NCBI GenBank assembly: GCA_964016885.1
Contig: OZ024746.1
Coordinates: forward strand, 868,001-932,000
DNA length: 64,000 bases
Reading direction: 5' to 3'
Source: Eledone cirrhosa
Lineage: Eukaryota
In this document: one piece after another, positions 1-9,562 of the stretch
How the letters are laid out: every line of letters begins with the position of its first letter
Position numbering within the stretch: the first letter of the stretch is position 1
Position numbers and translations under genes: made by a program
The notes under the pieces: generated by a model
The model's input: the letters and a program-made list of their open reading frames with translations, nothing else
What the model was told of the DNA's origin: nothing
Databases searched by the model: none

Positions 1-18
1 TCAGTATCTCTTTGTACA

Positions 19-46
19 GCTGACCACAGCCAGTGAGCTGAGCAGC
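19..46 (+). promoter_or_regulatory. IRE-like stem-loop A
   Basis: gctg-ac-C-acagc-CAGTGA-gctga-g-cagc; one A-A mismatch in the upper stem; enclosed by an outer stem agtatc(3-8)/gatact(53-58). Confidence 0.45.
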
Positions 47-359
47 ATCTGTGATACTTATTAATATAATTATAAATGATCTATGGGCTTTTTTTTTTAT
101 ATATGCCCTAAGGTCATTATATAATTTTATATTATTTTTCATTTTTTTTTCTCTGTGTTAAGTTAGAGTCTCAACATTTTTTGTGGGGAGAGTCAAACTT
201 GGACACAGCCATATTGATACCACTCACATTCATACTTCATATTTTCATATATTTATTGGTCCTTGTATGCTATTATTTTTATAAGTTATTTTTATTTTGT
301 ACCATCTTCCCATCTTTAATAAAGAGGGATTAGATGTCCCTTATGTATTAATGGCTATG

Positions 360-389
360 CCTGTGTCAACCAGTGTTTTGTTGAACAGG
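360..389 (+). promoter_or_regulatory. IRE-like stem-loop B
   Basis: cctgt-G-tcaac-CAGTGT(ttt)-gttga-acagg. Confidence 0.5.
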
Positions 390-589
390 AAATATCAACA
401 TTTTTATTATATTTTATACAGTTTTGTTTTCTCTGGTTTAAACAATATATTAAAATTTGTTTAGAAAATAATTTTGATGATAATACAACATTGATTCATT
501 TTTGATTATTTATTATTTGAAATCTTGTAATTAATTTAGTTGACTCAAATTTGGGATTTCATTTTTTAAAAATTTATTCTTTTTCTTGA

Positions 590-880
590 GGCTTGTGGAG
601 GCAGTCCTCAGTCACTCCTTGTAGTGGGTCCTGTCAGAAGCAACTGTTTCCAACTAATTCAGCTGGATTCCCAACACCAGCCAAGCTCATGGATGTTATC
701 CAACCATCTTGCTCGGAGTCTACCCCTGGGTCTCTTGCTGGTTGGGTTTACCTGTAAAATCTGTCCCGTGATTCTGTCCTCAGACATTCTAACCACATGT
801 CCATAGTATCGTAGTTGCAACTCTCAATTCAGAGAAGTAGCAGCTCTACCTGGAGTAACTCTCTCATCTCCCAGCTACAC
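590..880 (-). mobile_element. Old RTE-like LINE 3' fragment (related piece at about 6045-6175)
   Basis: Shared segment taaaatctgtcc...ctaaccacatg.ccatagtatc...gagaagtagc.gctctacctggagt in both places; degenerate RT C-terminus on the minus strand. Confidence 0.5.
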
Positions 881-942
881 TATTCAGTAATTGAATGAGT
901 TTTTAACATTTTAGACAAGAAAAATCTCTCAATAACTAAATA

Positions 943-1078
943 TATAGAACCCCTCTATACTATTGGAATTACCATAGAAACCCTCTATACTATTGGAATT
1001 ACCATAGAACCCCCACTATACTATTGGAATTACCATAGAACCCCCACTATACTATTGGAATTACCATAGAACCCCACT
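943..1078. repeat. 30-31 bp tandem repeat, about 4.5 copies
   Basis: atagaacccc(c)(t/a)ctatactattggaattacc. Confidence 0.9.
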
Positions 1079-1107
1079 TTATTTCAATCCACAAATGAGC
1101 TTTAATA

Positions 1108-2611
1108 TCTATATATATATAAAACTGAGGATGTCTGTCTGTGTGTGTGTGTGTGTGTGTGTGAGTTTGAATCCCTAAAACTCGAGAACCACCCAACCAA
1201 CTGTTTTCAAACTTTACACATGTAATACTTATGTTTCAGGGAGTGTTCTGAGCAAAAAAAATTTCAAATTTTCTATGCCCTAGGGACCACATTAGGCGAT
1301 TTAGCGATCTCGCTCTATAATTCTTAGTCTTTCTCTTTTTAGATAGATACATACATATAACGTTGCGCCCTTATAATATCTGTCTGTATGTCTGGCTGTC
1401 TGCATTATGTCACTTCCCACAATTCCGTCTGCGTCCAGAACGCGCCCTTATAATATGTCTGTATGTCTGGCTGTCTGCTGCCTCCGGTTATTCTACCACC
1501 CGTGCTCAAGACAAATCTCACACTCATTCCCCAAACAGTTGGTAAGTGCACACAACTTCTTCCTCACGTTTTAAGCCAGTGTTGCTTAGTTGCACACCAC
1601 CAGACCCTTACTTCTTTGCCAGCCGTGGTTGTGGCAATACTAAGCTTAGCTAAGGCAGTTATATATTTCACACAACACTAAACATTAAAGCCGGTAAAGA
1701 AAAACGCTGCAATAGCTTCAGTTTGTTTACTTACGTGCCTTGACGAGAACAAAAGTTACTATTTTACTGCTTAGTATTGTAGAGAAGCACCAAACCGACT
1801 GTTTTCAAACTTTCCACATGTAATACTTATGTTTCAGGGAGTGTTCTGAGCAAAAAAAATTTCAAATTTTCAATGCCCTAGGGACCGCATTAGGCGATTT
1901 AGCAATCTCTCTCTATAATTCTTAGTCTTTCTCTTTTTAGATAGATAATAGATACATATAACATCGCGCCCTTATAATATGTCTGAATGTCTGGATGTCT
2001 GCATTACGTCACTTCCCTGAAGATGTCTGTCTCTGAGTTTGAATCCCTAAAACTTGAGAAGTACCCAACCGATTTTTTTCAAACTTTACATGTGTATTAC
2101 TTATGTTTCAGGGAGTGTTATGCACATAAAATAATTCAACTTTTTTTTATCTCCCAGGGCCCGCATTAGGTGAAAAACTGCGTTTTTAAAGATTTTTAGG
2201 GTTTTTTTGAGGTGTTACGTCAGACTGATTTCCTTGAAATTGTAACTATGTATTAGTCAGTCTCTTCTTCATACCGTAAGCAAAGAAAATCCAACTTTCT
2301 TAGGTGAAAAACTTCATTTTTTCAGCTTCTTAGGGCTTTTTTGAGGCGTTACGTCTAGCCTATTTTCCCGAAATTTCAAGGCATATTATGCAGATAAAAA
2401 AAATTCCTTTTCTTGATCCCCTAGGGCCCGCATTAGGTGAAAACCTGCATTTTTCCTGCTTCATCGAGGAAAATCTTAAAGATTATCCAGCCATCAGAGT
2501 ATTCGGTTTATTTTCTTTATATATTGTCCAGGCATGCAGTTTTTCCATGATCTGTTGGCGGCTTGCATTCCAAAATACCTTATCCCTTGCAACGCCGGGT
2601 ACCACTGCTAG
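1108..2611 (+). mobile_element. Non-autonomous Helitron
   Basis: 5' A|TCTATATATATAAAA followed by (tctg)/(tg)n; 3' cccttgcaacgccggg hairpin remnant then CTAG|T; internal ~250-bp duplications. Confidence 0.8.
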
Positions 2612-3748
2612 TAAATAATAAAAAATACAAGCCTGATGTTTTCTGAAGAAGAAAATATTTTTTTAAAAAACTAATTCTAAGATTTGTTGCCTCTTCCTGG
2701 AACTTATTATTATTAATCACAGTTTAAAATAAAAAATAAAAAAAGATGAAAAACTGATTATTTTTACAGCATCAACAGCAATAGTAGTGATGGTAGTATC
2801 AGTAGTAGTAGTATCAGTAAAATCTATTTCAATTAGTTAATGAAGAATTTTGAGGGATTTACTAAAATTATTATTTTATTACTAAGATAGTAACTTAATG
2901 TAAGGTTCTTATATAAAATTATGTTGGAGGATTTTTATTTAAAATGTGTGATTTTATTTAATAGAACCAGAGCTGGTTTTAGCTGGGTTGGCAATAAAAG
3001 GGTAAAAAAGGGAGGAATATGGACCCTGTTCTTTGGGAACCATGGCAGTCTAATAAATTTATGACCTTTCAATAAGTTGATTCACTTGGCCAGCTCCTAA
3101 AAATAAAGTTCACTTTTCTTTTTTTAATAGTACATCTTAAGTTAATCTCATTAAAACTCCCCCAGATACTTCAGTATGAACGTTACACAATATAGACAAA
3201 AGCCTTTCTATAATTTAAAACATTTGTATAAACAGAAACGAAGAAATAATACTTTGTCACTTTTAAACTAGAACAAGTATGACCAACACTAGGAAAAAGA
3301 GGAGAAATTTGAAAAGATTTATTTGATTAATCTAACACGTGTTTCATTATGTAAACTGTTCTTTCACTATTGTTTATATATTCATTCCACACAGAAATTT
3401 ACCAACATAATTAAAAACATTTACATAGAAATAACAACAAACAATACTATGATACTTTTAAACTGGAATTATGTCATTTTGCTTGACATTTCATATTATT
3501 TCTCCTTGCTTTTTTTTAATGAAAAACAGAATCTTCCCATTATAAAATAGATGGACAGATTCTAGTTGTGAGAATTGAACCATACATCTGCCATACATAT
3601 GTGTGTGTATATACGCACACATATGCGTGTGTGTGTATAACTACCACCACCACCACTACTACTACTGTTGCTGCTGCTTTCTGTTAATGTTACTTCCTCT
3701 TAAGATCTCTATTGTATTGTTTAGAAATGTCCAGTTACCATATATGGT

Positions 3749-3781
3749 GTTCTGTCCTTAGCCAGTGATGTTAAACAGAAC
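3749..3781 (+). promoter_or_regulatory. IRE-like stem-loop C
   Basis: gttctgt-CC-ttagc-CAGTGA(t)-gttaa-acagaac. Confidence 0.6.
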
Positions 3782-5183
3782 TCACTAGCTGTCTATTTTT
3801 ATACAGTCACTAGCTGTCTATTTTATTTTCCTTTGTTATTTACAGTATTTAATGTGATATTATTCCTTTTATTTTCAGTGACTTGCAAGTCAAATATTTA
3901 CACCTTACATAATTTAGACTTTCAAATGTAGTTTGCCAAAATTGGTAAAGAAAGACCTTAAAACATTTACTAAAACACACACACAGTTATATACATACAC
4001 ACACACATATATATCATATATATATATATATATATATTTTAAAATTTGTCAGAAATATACTCTCCCTTTCACCTTCGCAGCACAACCACTGCTTTCTTTT
4101 TCCAACATGAAAATGGGAAACCAACCTGCATAAAAACTTAATATGTGATTTGGGATTTTATAGGCTAAGATAATAATAAAGAAAAAGGCAAACTAACAGC
4201 ATATGTGTTGTTTAAAATGGCCTATAATGACTGCCATGGTGCAATTGCTTTAGCCCCAATTCAGGATCTTAGAACAAATCACTTACTAAATGTGTGTAAC
4301 TCATGTATTTCTTTATTAATTCTGCTTTAGCTAAATTACTGATCATTTTCAATGAGAAATAGCAGAAAAGTTAGATTTATTCATTGTAAATCAATGAAAA
4401 TATGTGAAACAAAAACTAGTTGCTTCCTTTTGAGAACAATTAGACATGATATAGGAAGGATGATTAAAATAAATATAAGAAATATCTTATGGAGTGCTAT
4501 TAGTTTACAGTATAAGCTATCTCATGGAATATTTTGAGATAAAATTTTGATAAACTTGATGCTTAATACTAAAACTGTTTGAAAGCTTTTCATGAATTTT
4601 TATATAATTTCTGACTTGTAGTTCTTTGAATATTGAATTTCTTTTTTTTTTTTTTGTTTTCTTAATGGAAAAATGCTTATAAAATGTACCATTTGAGGGG
4701 CTGTGATAAGAAAAAACTATTGTTTTACAGTAAACTGAAGGCTTGTCTTAGTACTTCAGTATCTGCGATTGTGACATCAGAGTTTCCTTGATGTCATCAA
4801 ATTGTGGCTTTCTAGGTTGGCCTCTGTCTTTATAATAAAACATTTTTGTATTATTTACACACAATACACTGGGTTGGTTGGTTCGTTAACATTCTTCTTA
4901 CGTGTTAATTGATTTTAAAATATTCCTGTTGATGTTTTACATTAATTCAACTGTTTTTGTTTTAAATTTTGTAATATTTCATTTTAGGGAGATTATTTTA
5001 GAAATGTCTACATGTTTTTGTGAAATTTGTATCTTTGTTTTTTTACATTTTTTTAGTTAGGAAAGAATTTTGTTGGTGAATGTGTTTTAGTTTTGAATTT
5101 TTATTCTCCAACTTTCCATTTGATTTGTAACACAAAGTTTAAAAAAAAATTTCCTGTCAGGATAAATTCCTGTTTTACTATGG

Positions 5184-5216
5184 CATCGATGCGTCAACCA
5201 GTGAGTTGAGCAGATG
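5184..5216 (+). promoter_or_regulatory. IRE-like stem-loop D
   Basis: catc-ga-tgc-G-tcaac-CAGTGA-gttga-gca-gatg. Confidence 0.55.
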
Positions 5217-5652
5217 ACAATTTTCTGTTATCTTGGTAACATCTCAATCTCCAATGACCAACTATAGTTTCTTTGTATTCATAACCTACATAACCATCAT
5301 TACTAATTTACCTTAAAACGTCTTTTTTAATTACTCATTTTAACTCGTACAATTCCTTTTACATTTATTAGTGAAAAAAAAAAAAATATTAAAGAATGAC
5401 CGTATTTCCTGTTATCGAAGTCGCCTCTCCCCCTCAAGGACTTACTCCCCTCAAAAAAATAAGTTTTGTTATTAATATTTGCTTGTAAACCCTTTTAACA
5501 TAGCACAGTTTTACTTTTGTCACTTAATGTTACCTGAAAATCTGGTTGTTTGAAGAGTGACAATACCAGTAATACATGTAAATATATCACTCCTCAGTGG
5601 TCTCGTCTATCAGATTCTGCCCATACTGAGAATGAAGTTTTGGGATTGCTTT

Positions 5653-5691
<39 letters not shown>

Positions 5692-6390
5692 ATGTATGTA
5701 TATATATATATATATGTATGTATATATATATATATATATATATACATACACATATGATATTTTGTTTATTTACTACTTTAACTAATTATAATTTATAAAC
5801 TTCATTGAGAGGTCATATACAGGAGTTCAGATTACTGTCTAGCAGAGATAATTTTCCTCTGGGGTTAGGATATGCCTATGACAAACACAACCTTCGGCGT
5901 TCAGGATACACGATAGATTTTTGAGACTTATTTTAGGGAAAAAAATAGCGTCTTTGGCGCTGGGAAATATGGTCATAATTTATAACCTTAATCTATTTTG
6001 TCATAAGTTTTAATGTTCCTCTTTTATTTAGATAATACAGTTTTGCCTGTAAAATCTGTCCAGAGATTTTTCCCTGAGACAGTCTAACCACATGCCCATA
6101 GTATCAGAGCTGTAATCTCTCAATTTGGAGAAGTAGCGGCTCTACCTGGAGTGATTCTCTGATCTCCGAGCTCTATTTAGTGTATTGTTCATCACAAACA
6201 TAAATCTGTTAATATAATACAGTCACAACTTCTTGTTAGTATAGTGGTAAAAGTCCTTGTCATACACGGGACTGGGGTTCTTGTGCCACTATAAAAGTCA
6301 CTCAGAATCTCAGTTATCTTTATTTAAATTTTTAATATATTTTAAGTAAAATAAATATTGGTCATTGGATAGATTAACGCCATTATGAAC

Positions 6391-6428
6391 GGGTTTCTGT
6401 CCTCAGCCAGAGACGTTGAACAGAGCTC
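6391..6428 (+). promoter_or_regulatory. IRE-like stem-loop E
   Basis: gggtttctgt-CC-tcagc-CAGAGA(c)-gttga-acagagctc. Confidence 0.6.
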
Positions 6429-6564
6429 TTTTATTCTATCTGATTTTATTCAGAAATAAATTATAACCCACAGATATACAGAAAGAACCATATTTTTTGA
6501 TACAGAATTTTATCCAAAGCTGTTATGTATTTATTTTTTTCTTAATTTTGTTTTTACTTTAAAA

Positions 6565-6570
6565 AATAAA
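6565..6570 (+). terminator. Candidate polyA signal closing a long upstream 3'UTR
   Basis: AATAAA followed by GU/U-rich tract tgtttttgttatgtttttattg; region is very AT-rich, so the match is weak alone. Confidence 0.35.
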
Positions 6571-6611
6571 GCAATGAAAAAAAATGTTTTTGTTATGTTT
6601 TTATTGTATAA

Positions 6612-7600
6612 AAAGGACAGATCCTGAACACTAGATCTTGCTTGCAGTCTGACCTGGACACAATGCAACAATGGATCTCAGACTGGCAACTCAAGCTAGC
6701 TGTGGACAAGTGCACCACCATGCATTTTGGGAGTAAAAACCCAGCGTCCACATACTCCCTCCACAGCACTAATATCAAGAAGTCTTCTTGTGAACGTGAC
6801 CTGGGCATTACGGTCAGCAGCGATTTGCGTTGGACGAAGCACGTCTCTAAAATTGTCAAGAAGGCCGAGGGTGTCTTAACATCACTCAGCAAGACCTTTG
6901 TCAGCCGCTCTCCAACTATCTATTTAAGGCTGTATATGGCTATGGTGCGGCCACACTTAGAATTTGCATCACCAGTCTGGAACCCCTATCTTGCTCAGAA
7001 CATTGACTGCCTGGAAACTGTTCAGAGACGTGCAACCAAGCGAATACCCTCCATCAGGGATCTACCATACTCTGAACGCCTTGCTTCCCTGGGAATGGAT
7101 ACATTGAAGCTCCAACGCCTGGCAACTGACTTGGTAAACACCCCAAAATTGTTAACCATCTTGCCAACAACAACCCTGAGTACCTTTTTGATTTCCATGT
7201 GTCTAACACACGTGGACATATCCAGAAAGTCAGAAAACAGCACAGTTCCCATGACTTTCGGAAATATTTTTTCACACTCAGAGTTGCTGAAGCATGGAAC
7301 AAACTACCTGCATCAGTTGTTAGCTGTTGAGACTCTGCATCCTTTAAAACCTCCATGGAACAAACTCCCTGCATCAGTTGTTAGCTGTCGAGACACTGCA
7401 TCCTTTAAAACCTCCATGCTTCCTGAGATTCGCCAACACTACACCTAATGTTCCCCCTCCATACACATACACACATGTATATCATGACTCATACACTATT
7501 CACTTCCCTGACATTTGTATATTATTCTATGTACTATACATGCACCTTTGACGAGTTGTAGTGCACCTGAGCACTTTATACAATAATTTCATTATTATTT
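6612..7600 (+). mobile_element. CR1-group LINE, 5'-truncated 3' portion
   Basis: RT C-terminus (LQSDLD...MVRPHLEFASPVWNPY...QRRATKRIP), frameshifted, with (tta)n tail. Confidence 0.92.
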
Positions 7601-8656
7601 TATTATTACTAGTTATCTCAAAGTGATAAAAAAGAGATTATTTTTAAGAAGAATCTCTATCTAAAAACACTTGTCAGATTGGGGGTAATATTTCTGTGAA
7701 TTTCCAATACATTTACTGTAAATAACTGGCATTAGGAAGGACATCCAGCCATAGAAACCAAACCAGGAATAGTTCTGTATGAGGAAGACATGGTCATCTG
7801 ATCTGGCTTGTCTCTCAGAAGGACAACTCGTCCAACCCATGCTGGTTGAAAAATGGAGGTTAAATAGTGATGATGATGATATATAAAATGTGTATGTATA
7901 TGTAAATGTAGTTGGCATTAGGAAGGGCATCCAGCTGTAGAAATCAAGACATGGTCACATGGCTTCATCTAACTCATAACATTACAACTTGTCTAACCCA
8001 TACTAGCGTGGACAAATGGACGTTAAACAGTGATGGCAATGATTTATATGGAGTTGAGTTTCTTGGCTACAGTGTGGTGCCCATTAAGGGATCAAACAAA
8101 ATGCCTTGTAGTATTTGTTACATCTCTCTATGTTCTAAGTTCAAATCCCACTGAAGTCAACTTTGCCTTTTGTCTTTTGGGTTTATATAAAATAAAGTAC
8201 CAGTCATGTACTGCTCACCACAAACTTCTGGCCTTGTGCTTAAATTAGAAACAATTATAGAAATTGCAGCCTGTCTGAGGAAGGAGCCCTGTGAGGTTAA
8301 GTGGCTGGTGCAGTGGGTGTTGCCATATTGTTCATGGGGCTCGGCTGAAACGCTGCTCTGACCTAAGTGTATCGTCTGTCACCCTCCCTTCTTTTCCTCT
8401 CATGGCATTTATACTCCTTTCCAATGCTGCTTTTTTTTTCTGTATGTTTAACCAAATAAAAATAAAATATTTTCTCATTATAGAAATGTTAAAAAGGAAA
8501 GCTTTATAAAAATAATTGGTTTATTTCATAACTACAAACAATTTTCCACCAAATCTTTAACATTATTGTTACTATATTCCTAATGAAAATAATCAAGAAT
8601 TTGAAAGGATTTAGTTAAATAACTTTCTCCTTATTTATCTGGTGTAGTATAACAGG

Positions 8657-8870
8657 GTGGTGGATTGGCAGTAGAATCGGTAGAATGTCGGACAACATGC
8701 TTTGAGAACATATAGTTACAGCCCTTTACGTTCTGAGTTCAAAACCCGTCTAGGTTAACTTTGCCTTTCATCTTTATGGTGTTGATAAAGTACCAGTAAT
8801 GCACTGGGTTGATTTAATTGACTATCCCCTCCTCCCAAATTGTTGGCCTTGTGCTTAAATCAGAAACCAT
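8657..8870 (+). mobile_element. tRNA-derived SINE (many further copies, e.g. 12620-12810, 35380-35550, 37180-37340, 42730-42920, 50395-50600)
   Basis: A-box-like tggcagtagaatcggtaga, B-box-like gagttcaaaaccc and shared body ctttgcctttcatc...gataaa..aagtaccag. Confidence 0.75.
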
Positions 8871-9380
8871 TATTAAGCTGGTGTTTGAACTCTAACAAAA
8901 GTCCTTATATTAAATCGTGATGGGAGGTTCTTCATGCATAGTCCCACAGCTCCTGATGCTATCATAGGGGTGCTGTATTGGTGTTTCTTGGGCATTTTAA
9001 GCCTGGCAGAGCCCATCCCTCTCTGAACACAATAGATTTCTTCCAGAGAAGGAGGATAGAAAGTGAGAAAGAGATATAGAAGTATCGACCCAGTACTTGA
9101 CTGGTACTTTTTTTTTTTATCGACCTCGACGGGATTTGAAACAAATACCACAAAACATTCTATCTGACTGTGCCAGTTTGCCACCTAAAAGGTTCTTCAA
9201 GATGTAAACACTTCAAAACAAATAGTTTTGTATCACAGAACCAGGGGGCAGTTTCATGCAGGTTTCAAATAAAAAAAAGACCAACACGTGGGCCCCCATT
9301 TGCTCATAATAGTGAGAGGTAGAGGGAGTTTAGTTCCATTTTTGTTTGGATCTGGTGTATATATATTTACCACACCGCAG

Positions 9381-9386
9381 TTTATT
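9381..9386 (-). terminator. Candidate polyadenylation signal of GSTK1
   Basis: AATAAA on the minus strand about 127 nt after the stop codon. Confidence 0.5.
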
Positions 9387-9512
9387 CACCATTAACAGAA
9401 CTTAACATTATTATGACGAGGGTTAAGAAAAGGCCTGATCAGGAATAAAATTGTTTGAAATTACATATCAAATGATTGTTCGACCATTCCACTGTTGATT
9501 CGTTGCTAAATG

Positions 9513-9562
9513 TCACAGTTTACTGTGGTTAGTGACTGGGTAAGGACCATTCCACTGTTCAT
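9513..9562 (-). CDS. GSTK1: GSTK1 exon 8 (50 nt, ends SKL-stop)
   Basis: ttttccttgcag|AT GAA CAG TGG AAT GGT CCT ... AGT AAA CTG TGA; phase 1 matches exon 7. Confidence 0.92.

Noticed and set aside
21-43. Resemblance to miR-2 (cacagccag...tgagc)
   Set aside because: The seed does not match and the segment spans a hairpin loop rather than lying on one arm.
6385-6430. SECIS-like reading (ATGA before a hairpin)
   Set aside because: No matching GA quartet on the 3' side and no apical AA motif.
6642-7448. 268-aa ORF as a host gene
   Set aside because: Truncated, frameshifted CR1 reverse-transcriptase tail present in four copies in this window.
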